Positions 25,348 to 33,090 of a stretch of DNA of 34,773 bases are shown here, in pieces. The stretch comes from Kofleriaceae bacterium (lineage in GTDB: Bacteria > Myxococcota_A > Polyangia > Haliangiales > Haliangiaceae). The position numbers were made by a program, and so were the translations under genes. The notes beneath the pieces are model-generated. The model saw only the letters and a program-made list of their open reading frames with translations, was not told the origin of the DNA and made no database searches. The stretch lies in NCBI GenBank assembly GCA_035698865.1, contig DASSBL010000298.1, positions 1 through 34,773 of the forward strand. The letters are read 5' to 3'. How positions within the stretch are numbered: the first letter of the stretch is position 1; each line of letters opens with the position of its first letter.

Positions 25348-25376
25348 TTGACTTAGTCAAAAGACTAAACTAGGAT
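25348..25376 (+). promoter_or_regulatory. Candidate promoter/operator of the toxin-antitoxin pair
   Basis: TTGACTtAGTCAA is a perfect 6-1-6 palindrome (25348-25360). Its left arm TTGACT is -35-like, and TAGGAT lies exactly 17 nt downstream (25371-25376). The antitoxin GTG is at 25383. Confidence 0.45.
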
Positions 25377-25382
25377 TTTGGA

Positions 25383-25610
25383 GTGAAGACGGTAAACGTC
25401 CATCAGGCCAAGACCCACCTGTCGCGCTTACTCGACAACGCGCACCGGGGCGAAGAGATCGTGATCGCCAAAAACGGCGAGCCCTACGCCCGACTCGTGC
25501 CTCTCGAATCGAGGATGCCCAAGCGGCAACCCGGAACGCTCAAGGGGTCGGTCAAGGTGACCGACGCCTTCTTCGAGCCTCTACCGCCCGGTTGGCGGGG
25601 AGATGCCTGA
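25383..25610 (+). CDS. Phd/YefM-type antitoxin
   Basis: MKTVNVHQAKTHLSRLLDNAHRGEEIVIAKNGEPYARLVPLE is a typical Phd/YefM N-terminal fold. It uses a GTG start, is 75 aa, and overlaps the toxin gene by 8 nt. Confidence 0.85.
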   Translation: MKTVNVHQAKTHLSRLLDNAHRGEEIVIAKNGEPYARLVPLESRMPKRQPGTLKGSVKVTDAFFEPLPPGWRGDA

Positions 25611-26001
25611 CGTGGTCGATGCCTCGGTGCTGCTCGATACCTGCGCGCTGCTGTGGTGGGCAACCGCGGACAAGGCCCTGGGTCGGAAAGTGAAACGGCT
25701 GCTTGCCAACGACAGCACCAAAGTTTTCGTAAGCTCAGCGTCGGCGTGGGAAATCACGACGAAGGTGCGCCTGGGTAAGCTCGAATGGAAGGGACCGGAT
25801 TCGGTAGAGACCTACTGCATCAGGCAACGCTTCGAGCTTTTGCCGATCACGTTTGCGCACGCCGAAAAAGCAGGAGCTTGGCCGCAGCCTCACGGAGACC
25901 CGTTCGACCGCATGATCGCCGCGCAAAGTGCGCTGGAGGGGGTCCCGCTGGCAACGAACGATGCCATGCTAAAGCGGTTCGGCGTACAAACCATCTGGTA
26001 G
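25603..26001 (+). CDS. vapC: PIN-domain ribonuclease toxin (VapC family)
   Basis: The 132-aa protein has the four PIN acidic positions in order: LLDTC, SAWEI, DPFDRM, TND. Confidence 0.88.
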   Translation: MPDVVDASVLLDTCALLWWATADKALGRKVKRLLANDSTKVFVSSASAWEITTKVRLGKLEWKGPDSVETYCIRQRFELLPITFAHAEKAGAWPQPHGDPFDRMIAAQSALEGVPLATNDAMLKRFGVQTIW

Positions 26002-26010
26002 CGCGCGGCC

Positions 26011-26904
26011 TCAGCCGATGTGGCCGACGACGCGGTTGCGGCCGCGGGCCTTGGCCTCGTACAGGTTCGCGTCGGCCACCCGGACAAAGTCCTGGGGCTC
26101 GACGATCTCCGGGGTGAGAAACGCGACCCCGACGGAGATGGTGACCGGGATGTCGGTGTCCTCGAAGCGGAGGCCGGCGGTCTCCACCAGACCGCGGATC
26201 TTCTCGGCGAACTGCATCGCCTTTTCGCCGTCGATCTCGGGCAGCACCACCGCGAACTCCTCGCCACCGTAGCGGGCGAGCATGTCCTCGCGCCGGATCC
26301 GCACCTTGATGAGCGACGCGAGCTGCTTGAGCACGTGATCGCCGGCGAGGTGGCCGTAGGTGTCGTTGATGTGCTTGAAGTGATCGATGTCGAACATGAT
26401 CAGCGACAGCTCGCGGCTATAGCGCAGCGCCCGTCCGATCTCGCGCTCGAGGGTCTCGACGAAATAGCGCTTGTTGTAGACTTGAGTGAGGCCATCGATG
26501 GTGGTGAGGCGATAGATCTCCTCGTGGTACGCGTTCTCGATGTTGCTGCCCGAGAGGAACTTGAAGATCGAGCGGCCGATCTTGATGAAGTCGCCGTCGC
26601 GCAGAACGTACTCGTCGACCAGCTCATCGTTGACGTAGGTGCCGTTGGTGGAGCCGAGATCGCGAAGCAGAAACGAATGGCTGGTGTTGATGATCTTGCA
26701 GTGGTTGCGCGACACCGATTCCTGGTCGATCTGGATATCTGCCTTGGACGAGCGGCCGATGATGATCGACGCGCGATCGAGCTGATAGCGGCGGCCGAGG
26801 TCGAGGCCATAGATAACGACCAGGCACGCATCCTTGCCGACCGGGCGGTCCTGGATGCGGCTGATGACTGTGACAACGGTCTTCTGGCGGGCGGTGTCGC
26901 TCAA
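26011..26904 (-). CDS. FHA-domain diguanylate cyclase (FHA-GGDEF)
   Basis: The FHA core is [25 protein letters not shown]...GSTNGTYVN. The GGDEF domain has the active site GGEEF and an I-site RRED exactly 5 residues upstream. The start is taken as TTG at 26902-26904 and is uncertain. Confidence 0.88.
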   Translation of the reverse strand: MSDTARQKTVVTVISRIQDRPVGKDACLVVIYGLDLGRRYQLDRASIIIGRSSKADIQIDQESVSRNHCKIINTSHSFLLRDLGSTNGTYVNDELVDEYVLRDGDFIKIGRSIFKFLSGSNIENAYHEEIYRLTTIDGLTQVYNKRYFVETLEREIGRALRYSRELSLIMFDIDHFKHINDTYGHLAGDHVLKQLASLIKVRIRREDMLARYGGEEFAVVLPEIDGEKAMQFAEKIRGLVETAGLRFEDTDIPVTISVGVAFLTPEIVEPQDFVRVADANLYEAKARGRNRVVGHIG

Positions 26905-26957
26905 GGGGCGGTTCGATCAGGGTACCCTTTCGCGGACGAACCCGTAAAGCCCGCGAC

Positions 26958-27485
26958 TCAGTTCGTGGCGGCCTGGTAATGACTGGTGGGCGCACACAGA
27001 AGCTCGCCGTCGCTCGCGGGCGCCGTGTTGCACAAAAGCGCCCCGACCATCCGGTAGCCGCCGAGGCGAAAATGGTATTCTTGCATGAGCACCCGGTTGC
27101 CGGTGGCCAGCCTCCACCACGTCCGCAGATCGTAAAAGCCCTGCTGTCCGCGGCTATCGAGGCGCTCGATGGCCGCTCCCGAGATGGTCCCCACATAGCG
27201 CGTGCAGTGGCTGGCGGCATCGCGCACAAAGACGTTCCAGTGGCAGTTTCCCTCGGAGCTGCACAGGTTGCGATCGCGGGCCACCACCTCGGGCTCGCCG
27301 TCGCCATCGAGATCGCGATCGGCGCGGTCGATGTCCGGATCGGCGCTCACCACCCCGTGAAGGGTGCTCTCGGCGCAGGTGCCCAGGGCGCGATTGGCCA
27401 CCGGTGCCCGCGGCCGGCGCACCGACTTCGAGCACCCGGCAGTGGCGAGGAGCCCGAGGAGCGCGAGGCGAAAAACCGACCTCAT
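26958..27485 (-). CDS. lipoprotein, unknown function
   Basis: The ATG at 27483-27485 overlaps the pgi stop (TGATG). It has the lipobox LLATAGC, a DLDGDGEPE acidic loop, and several Cys residues. Confidence 0.65.
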   Translation of the reverse strand: MRSVFRLALLGLLATAGCSKSVRRPRAPVANRALGTCAESTLHGVVSADPDIDRADRDLDGDGEPEVVARDRNLCSSEGNCHWNVFVRDAASHCTRYVGTISGAAIERLDSRGQQGFYDLRTWWRLATGNRVLMQEYHFRLGGYRMVGALLCNTAPASDGELLCAPTSHYQAATN

Positions 27486-28855
27486 CAAAAGATCAGCCCA
27501 CCCGGTCGGGGCCGCACGGCCAGTTTTTCGGCCTCGGCTTCAAACCCCGGGCGGCCGAGAGCACCGAAGGCGAGCCGTTTGGCCTCCTCGACCCCGGGCT
27601 GGTCATACGGATTGACGCCATAGAGCGGTCCAGCAAACGCCGCCGCGGCCTCGAACAAAAATAGCAGCGCCCCCACCGCGGGCGAGCTCACCTCGTCGAG
27701 GAGGAGGGTGGCCACCGGCCGCTGGCGAGCGCCGAGGGAGGCCACCGTCCCGCGAAGCTCGGCATCGATGAGCTCGCCGAGCTGGCGGTTGGCGAGGTAG
27801 CCGTACTCGGGGCGCGCCGCCACCGGACCGTCGCCGGGCATCACCAGCGCCGGCCGCTTTGCCGGAGCGAGGACCAGGTAGGACTTGTCGTCGGGACCTT
27901 CGGTGTACAGCTGAAGCTGCGAGTGCTGATCGGTGGCCATCCGCGAGGCGATGGGCGTGGGCGCGATGTCGCTGCGCTTGCCGAGGCTTTCGCCCCAAAG
28001 CTGGCGAAACCAGTCGGCGCAATCGTAAAGCGCATCGGCATACGGCATCACCACCACCAGCGGCCGGCCCGCCTCGGCGTTTTGCCAGTGGAGCAACGCG
28101 GCCAGGGCGAGGGCTGGATTCTTGCGCAGGTCATCGCCGGCCGCGACGATGTCATCGCGGACGGCCCGCGCACCGTCGAGCAGCCCGGCGATATCGAGGC
28201 CGGCCACCGCGGCCGGGTAAAGCCCCACCGCCGACAGCACCGAGAACCGGCCGCCGACGTTGGCCGGAACCGGCAGGGTCGCCCACCCGCGCTCGCCGGC
28301 CAGCGCGCGCAAGCCGCCGCGCTCGGGATCGGTGGTCGCCAACAGCCGCGCCCGCGCGCCCTCCTCGCCCACGGCGGCGACCAGGTGGCGCTCGACGATG
28401 AGCAACTGGGCCGCGGTCTCGGCCGTGCCGCCGGACTTGGTCACCACATTATAAGCGGTGCGCTCGGGGGGACAGCTCGCCAGGAGCGCGGCCATGGTGG
28501 CCGGATCGGAGTTGTCGGGAAATAGCAGCCGGCGGCCCGCGCCGCGTTCGCCAAAGGGTGGCACCAGCGCCGACCACAGCGCGTGCGGGCCCAGGCTCGA
28601 GCCGCCGATACCGAGGACCACCAGGGTATCGACCTCGGCCGGCAACCGCGCCGCCGCCGCCTTGGCATCGGCGACTGCGCCATGGTCGTCGGGCAGATCC
28701 CAAAAGCCGACGTCGCCGCGTTTCCAGCACGCCATGGCCTCGGCAAAGGCATCCCGTGCCCGCGGTGCGATGCCGTCGAGATCGGAATCGGAGATGCCGG
28801 CGCCGGCGATGGCGCTGGCGGAAAAACCAGAGAGATCGAGGGTGAGGTGTTTCAT
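27485..28855 (-). CDS. pgi: glucose-6-phosphate isomerase
   Basis: Only the 3' part of track ORF 27485..30286 is used, starting at the ATG at 28853-28855 (MKHLTLDLSG...). It has VLGIGGSSLG, TKSGGTAET and VGGRFSVLSAVG motifs. Length is 456 aa. Confidence 0.9.
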   Translation of the reverse strand: MKHLTLDLSGFSASAIAGAGISDSDLDGIAPRARDAFAEAMACWKRGDVGFWDLPDDHGAVADAKAAAARLPAEVDTLVVLGIGGSSLGPHALWSALVPPFGERGAGRRLLFPDNSDPATMAALLASCPPERTAYNVVTKSGGTAETAAQLLIVERHLVAAVGEEGARARLLATTDPERGGLRALAGERGWATLPVPANVGGRFSVLSAVGLYPAAVAGLDIAGLLDGARAVRDDIVAAGDDLRKNPALALAALLHWQNAEAGRPLVVVMPYADALYDCADWFRQLWGESLGKRSDIAPTPIASRMATDQHSQLQLYTEGPDDKSYLVLAPAKRPALVMPGDGPVAARPEYGYLANRQLGELIDAELRGTVASLGARQRPVATLLLDEVSSPAVGALLFLFEAAAAFAGPLYGVNPYDQPGVEEAKRLAFGALGRPGFEAEAEKLAVRPRPGGLIF

Positions 28856-28963
28856 CGATGCGAGATCCAGCACCGCTTTTGGAGGATCGGTGCCACAATG
28901 GGATGTTGTTTTTTTGCGCGCGCGGCGGTGACTGTACGACAATGCCGCCTCAGCGAGGAGAGC

Positions 28964-30235
28964 ATGCACGCAATCGGTATCAGACGAGCTACGGTTCTCG
29001 GCGCGGGAGCGCTCATCGCGGGTTTCGTGCTCGCCGCCCATCGCGCTGATGGCGAGCCGACCAGGACCGCCGAGCCGGCCAAGGCCACCCGCACCGCCAG
29101 TGTGGAAACCCACGCCGCGGCGGCGACCACCACCGCCAGCCCGCGGCCTGAAAAGGCGATGCTCATCGGCGACGGCGCCCTCCGCGGCGCCCTCGACATG
29201 ACCACCATCAAGCTCGCCGGCGACCACTACGAGGCCGCCCTCACAGATCACCGCCGGGCCGTGCTCACCCTCGATCCGGTGCTCCAGAAGGCGGCGTGGA
29301 AGGTCATCGATCACGCCCGCGCGCCCCTGGCCGCCATCGTCGTCATGACCACCGATGGCCGCCTGCTGGCGTATGCCGGCCGCCGCAACATCGAGCCCGT
29401 GCGGGCCAAGGACTTCACCCTCCCGGGCCAGGTGTGGGCGCCGGCGGCGTCGGTGTTCAAGATCGTCACCGCCAGCGCGCTCCTCGACGCGGGCATCAAA
29501 CCCACCCGCAAGGTCTGCTATCACGGCGGCTTCCACGGCATCGACGCCTCCAACATCACCGATACCTCGTACGACGACACCTGCAACGATCTGTCGTACG
29601 CCATCGCCGAATCGCAAAACGCGATCATCGCCAAGCTCGCCCACCGCCACCTTCAGCCCGAGCGGCTGGCGCGATTTGCGCGCATCTTCGGGTTCGGCTG
29701 GGCGCCGAGCATGGCCCTTCCGGCCGAGGCCAGCCACTGCGCGGTGCCCACCGGAGATCTCGAGTTTGCCCAGTTCGCCGCCGGCTTCTGGAGCTCGGAG
29801 CTTTCCGCGGTGGGAGCCGCGGTGCTGGTCGACACCATCGCCACCGGCGGCCTCCGGGTCACCCCGCGCATCGTCGCCGAGGTCACCAATCCCGCGGGCG
29901 CCGCCACGCCGGTGGTCGCGCGCGCTCCCGAGCGCGTCCTCGATGCGGACATCGCCGCCCAGGTGGGCAAGATGATGGAAGCCACCACCGAGACCGGCAC
30001 CGCGCGCCACGGGTTTCACGACCGCCGCGGGCGCAACTTCCTCGACGTGAGCGTCGCCGGCAAGACCGGCACCCTGGCCCGGGACGAGCCGAGCTATCTC
30101 GGATATTCGTGGTTCGTGGGCTATGCCCCCGCCGACGATCCCGAGATCGTCATCGCGGTGATCCTCGGCAACCCGGCCAAGTGGTGGCTCAAGGGCAACA
30201 CCGCCGCGCGCATGGTCCTCCAGGCCCGCTACTAG
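28964..30235 (+). CDS. penicillin-binding protein, transpeptidase domain (class B PBP-like)
   Basis: Track ORF 28583..30235 trimmed to the ATG at 28964, with GAGGAG upstream. It has an N-terminal TM helix and the motifs SxxK (ASVFK), SxN (ESQN) and KTG (AGKTGT). Confidence 0.85.
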   Translation: MHAIGIRRATVLGAGALIAGFVLAAHRADGEPTRTAEPAKATRTASVETHAAAATTTASPRPEKAMLIGDGALRGALDMTTIKLAGDHYEAALTDHRRAVLTLDPVLQKAAWKVIDHARAPLAAIVVMTTDGRLLAYAGRRNIEPVRAKDFTLPGQVWAPAASVFKIVTASALLDAGIKPTRKVCYHGGFHGIDASNITDTSYDDTCNDLSYAIAESQNAIIAKLAHRHLQPERLARFARIFGFGWAPSMALPAEASHCAVPTGDLEFAQFAAGFWSSELSAVGAAVLVDTIATGGLRVTPRIVAEVTNPAGAATPVVARAPERVLDADIAAQVGKMMEATTETGTARHGFHDRRGRNFLDVSVAGKTGTLARDEPSYLGYSWFVGYAPADDPEIVIAVILGNPAKWWLKGNTAARMVLQARY

Positions 30236-30259
30236 CTCGGTCTGGCGGGGCTCGTGGTC

Positions 30260-30289
30260 CCGGTGGGGGCATTTGTCTGCCCACACCGG
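30260..30289 (+). terminator. Strong hairpin downstream of the PBP gene (possible terminator, no adjacent U-tract)
   Basis: CCGGTGGGGGCA-tttgtc-TGCCCACACCGG forms a 12-bp stem with one mismatch, starting 25 nt after the stop. The nearest T5 run is 13 nt further on, so this is not a canonical intrinsic terminator. Confidence 0.3.
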
Positions 30290-30370
30290 TCACCACTGGG
30301 AATTTTTGTTAGACTCGGCCGTCATAACTTCGCAGGCTTCGTTCGTCTTAGACTCTCTGCCGGAGGCAAC

Positions 30371-31513
30371 ATGCCGGTCTTTCGCCCCCTCATTGTCGCC
30401 GCTGTCACCGCGGCCACCCTCTCTTTTGGCCCCCAGCTAGCCTTCGCCCAAAGCACCCCGGCCCAGCGCGCCGAGGCCCTCAACAACGAAGGAAAGCAGC
30501 TATTTACGGGGAGCAAGGACTATGCGGGCGCAGCCGCCAAGTTCCGCGAGGCCATCGTTTTGGACCCGCAGCCCAAGTATTACGTGAACCTGTGCTTTTC
30601 CCTGCACCTGGTCGGCCAGAATCGCGAAGCCCTCAGCAACTGCGCCATTGCCGAGAAAAATGGCGATGAGGAGGTCGTCGCCAAGGCGCGCAAGCTATCG
30701 GCGGTGATCCGCCAGCGCATGGCCGAGACCGGAGATGCCGGCCAGGCCAATCCCGGGCAAACCGGCAATGGCTCCGGGAGCGGCCAGACCGGCAATGGCA
30801 CCGGCAACGGCACCGGCCAGACCGGCAATGACACCGGCAACGGCACCGGCCAGACCGGCAATGGCACCGGCACCGGCCAACCTGCCGGCCAGGTCAACGG
30901 CGGCACCACGGCTCCCGGGTACTACAGCCCGTATCTCCAGGCTCCCACCGCGCCTGGCGACTACATGTGGTCCCTCGGCGGCGAGCTCGGCCTGTTTCGC
31001 AACCTGAGCATCGGCAATGAGGAGGCCTACAACAACGGCGGCCCGGAGCTGCGGCTATATGCCAACTTCATGCTCGGCGACACCCTCGGCGCCCAGGGCT
31101 ACTTTGATTACGGCAACCTCCAGGGCATGGGCGGCACCGATCCGCTCCAGGTCGTGGACCTCGGCGGAGGCCTGTTTACCCACCTCAAGCTCAGCGAGCG
31201 CTTTTACGTGACCCCGCTGGTCGGCCTTCACCTGGGTTTGATGCAGCCCGATCCCGACGAGAGCACCGCGCTGGTCGCCATCGGCGGCCGGGCCGAGGTC
31301 GGCATCGATTGGCTCCTGGGCACCCGCGGCGAGCATGTCATCCACATAAAGCCGGTGGCGTTCAATTTTTACGGCGCCGCCCAGGACGCCGACCCACTCG
31401 ACGCGGGCGCCTATGGCCTCGACGAGCCCGGCACCGCCTACACCTTCACCGTCGGCTACAGCTACCGGTTTTCCACGCCGTTTGGCTCTTCGCCGCTCAT
31501 CACCCTCGAGTAG
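30371..31513 (+). CDS. secreted TPR-like protein with a Gly/Thr/Asn repeat linker and a C-terminal beta-barrel-like domain
   Basis: Track ORF trimmed to the ATG at 30371, with GGAGG 5 nt upstream. The signal peptide ends in LAFAQS, followed by a TPR-like helix pair and the GQTGNGTGNGT repeats. The C-terminal ~200 aa has alternating hydrophobic strands ending in YTFTVGYSYRF. Confidence 0.7.
   Translation: MPVFRPLIVAAVTAATLSFGPQLAFAQSTPAQRAEALNNEGKQLFTGSKDYAGAAAKFREAIVLDPQPKYYVNLCFSLHLVGQNREALSNCAIAEKNGDEEVVAKARKLSAVIRQRMAETGDAGQANPGQTGNGSGSGQTGNGTGNGTGQTGNDTGNGTGQTGNGTGTGQPAGQVNGGTTAPGYYSPYLQAPTAPGDYMWSLGGELGLFRNLSIGNEEAYNNGGPELRLYANFMLGDTLGAQGYFDYGNLQGMGGTDPLQVVDLGGGLFTHLKLSERFYVTPLVGLHLGLMQPDPDESTALVAIGGRAEVGIDWLLGTRGEHVIHIKPVAFNFYGAAQDADPLDAGAYGLDEPGTAYTFTVGYSYRFSTPFGSSPLITLE
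30755..30880. repeat. Tandem 33-bp coding repeat (3 near-identical units plus one diverged 27-bp unit)
   Basis: The units are ggccagaccggcaatggcaccggcaacggcacc (30782-30814), the same with one substitution (30815-30847), and a third at 30848-30880. They encode GQTGN[GD]TGNGT. Confidence 0.85.
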
Positions 31514-31599
31514 CGCCGGTTTATCCATCACCGCTGATTGTGGATGCTGCCGGCGCTTGCTAAAGTCGCTGCGGCAGGCGTCTGCGCGAAATCAGGCTG

Positions 31600-33081
31600 A
31601 TGACACTCCTTTACGACTGGCTCAAGGCCGCCACCAAGCGCCGCGGCAACCAGAAAGCCCTCGTCTACCGCGATAACTACCTATCGTGGCGAGGGCTATC
31701 CCACCGCGTCGATCGCCGGGTCCAGGAGCTGGCGGCCATCGGCCTCGGCCGTGGCGCGTGGGTCGGGCTGATGCTCGGCAACGTCCCGGATTTCGTGATC
31801 CTGGCCCTCGCGTTGTCGAAGATCGAGGCGGCCATCGTGCCGCTGGATCCCACCACCGGCACCCGCGAGCTCGAGCTGATGCTGGCGGCGGCCCCGCTGC
31901 GCGCCCTGGTCACCCGCCCCCGCGGCAGCGACGCCTCCCAGCAACTGCCATCGCCGCCCGCCAAGGGCCGAGGCCGCGCCGTGGACAAGCCGCCCGAGGA
32001 GGAAGCGCCCGAGATTCGCCGCCGCCTTCAGGGCACCCTGCTCACGTGCAGCGTCTACAAGCGGCCCGATCCCGACTTTGGCACGCACCCCATCGCGGTC
32101 ATGTTCACCGCCGATTCCCTCGGCGATCCCAAGGGCGTTCTGCGCACCGAGGAAAACATCCTCGCCGCCGTCGACAACACCATCGCCGCCCTCGATTTGA
32201 CCAGCGAGTCGCGAATCCTCACGGCGGTGCCGCTGTTTCACGCCTATGGCTGGGATATCGGCCTGCTCGCCGCCCTCAAGACCGGCGCGACCATGTTCGT
32301 GGAGGAGGAGCTGTCGGCGCGGCGGGTGGGCAAGGTGCTGCGCGACTCGGCCATCGATGTGCTCCCGGGCACCCCGGCCATGTACGCCGAGCTTTGCCGG
32401 CTGCCCACGGCCAAGCCCCTCAAGGTCAAGGGAGCCCGATTTCTGTCCGCCGGATCCGCCCTCGATCGCGAGGTCGCCGAAACGTTTCACACCAAGTACG
32501 GCGTCCGCATCATGTCCTGCTATCACACCACCGAGACCTCCATCGTGAGCCTCGATAGCACCGCCAAGGCGCCGACCACCGTCGGCAAGACCATCGACGG
32601 CATCGACGTATGCGTCGCTCCCGATCCCGGGACCAAGCCCGCGACCGGCAAAAAGGCCCCCATCTGGGTGCGCGGCGCCTCGGTGTCGCCGCAATCCATC
32701 GGCCCGTACAAGGATGTGGAGGGCCCGGCGGCGGCGGATGTCGAGGTCGGCCAGCTCGATGACCGCGGCTGGTACCGCACCGGCGACATCGGCAAGATGG
32801 ATCGCTATGGCCGGCTATCGCTCACCGGCCGCGAGGACGATCTGGTCAAGATCGAGGGCAAGCGGGTGGCCCTCGGCGAGGTCGAGGGCTGCCTCGAATC
32901 GTTCTCGAAGATCAAGGAGGCCAAGGCGCGGCTGGTTACCGATGCCCTGGCCGGGGCGATGGTGGTCGCCCGGGTGGTCGCGTCGCAGGCGTGTGAGGCC
33001 GAGGAGGTCATCGACCACTGCGCGCGCAACCTGGCCCCGTACAAGGTCCCGCGGCGCATCGAGTTCTGCGACCGCATCTAG
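31600..33081 (+). CDS. AMP-dependent synthetase/ligase (ANL superfamily), atypical
   Basis: It has PLFHAYGW (A4), WYRTGDIG (A7), GREDDLVKIEGKRV (A8) and LAPYKVPRRIEF (A9). The P-loop region reads FTADSLGDPKG instead of T/S-S-G-T/S-T-G-x-P-K-G. The ORF stops 9 codons after YKVP. Confidence 0.8.
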   Translation: MTLLYDWLKAATKRRGNQKALVYRDNYLSWRGLSHRVDRRVQELAAIGLGRGAWVGLMLGNVPDFVILALALSKIEAAIVPLDPTTGTRELELMLAAAPLRALVTRPRGSDASQQLPSPPAKGRGRAVDKPPEEEAPEIRRRLQGTLLTCSVYKRPDPDFGTHPIAVMFTADSLGDPKGVLRTEENILAAVDNTIAALDLTSESRILTAVPLFHAYGWDIGLLAALKTGATMFVEEELSARRVGKVLRDSAIDVLPGTPAMYAELCRLPTAKPLKVKGARFLSAGSALDREVAETFHTKYGVRIMSCYHTTETSIVSLDSTAKAPTTVGKTIDGIDVCVAPDPGTKPATGKKAPIWVRGASVSPQSIGPYKDVEGPAAADVEVGQLDDRGWYRTGDIGKMDRYGRLSLTGREDDLVKIEGKRVALGEVEGCLESFSKIKEAKARLVTDALAGAMVVARVVASQACEAEEVIDHCARNLAPYKVPRRIEFCDRI

Positions 33082-33090
33082 TGCCTCGGC

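Noticed and set aside
27485-30286. A 933-aa minus-strand ORF, the longest in the track.
   Set aside because: It is chimeric. Only 27485..28855 (from MKHLTLDLSG) reads as glucose-6-phosphate isomerase. The upstream 477 codons are Gly/Arg/Ala/Asp-rich and lie exactly antisense to a well-motifed PBP gene (SxxK, SxN, KTG) on the plus strand.
30254-30370. The upstream GTG start for the TPR/beta-barrel gene (the track ORF begins at 30254).
   Set aside because: It would bury the signal peptide 40 residues inside the protein. The ATG at 30371 has a strong GGAGG, and the upstream part is lower-GC with non-coding character.
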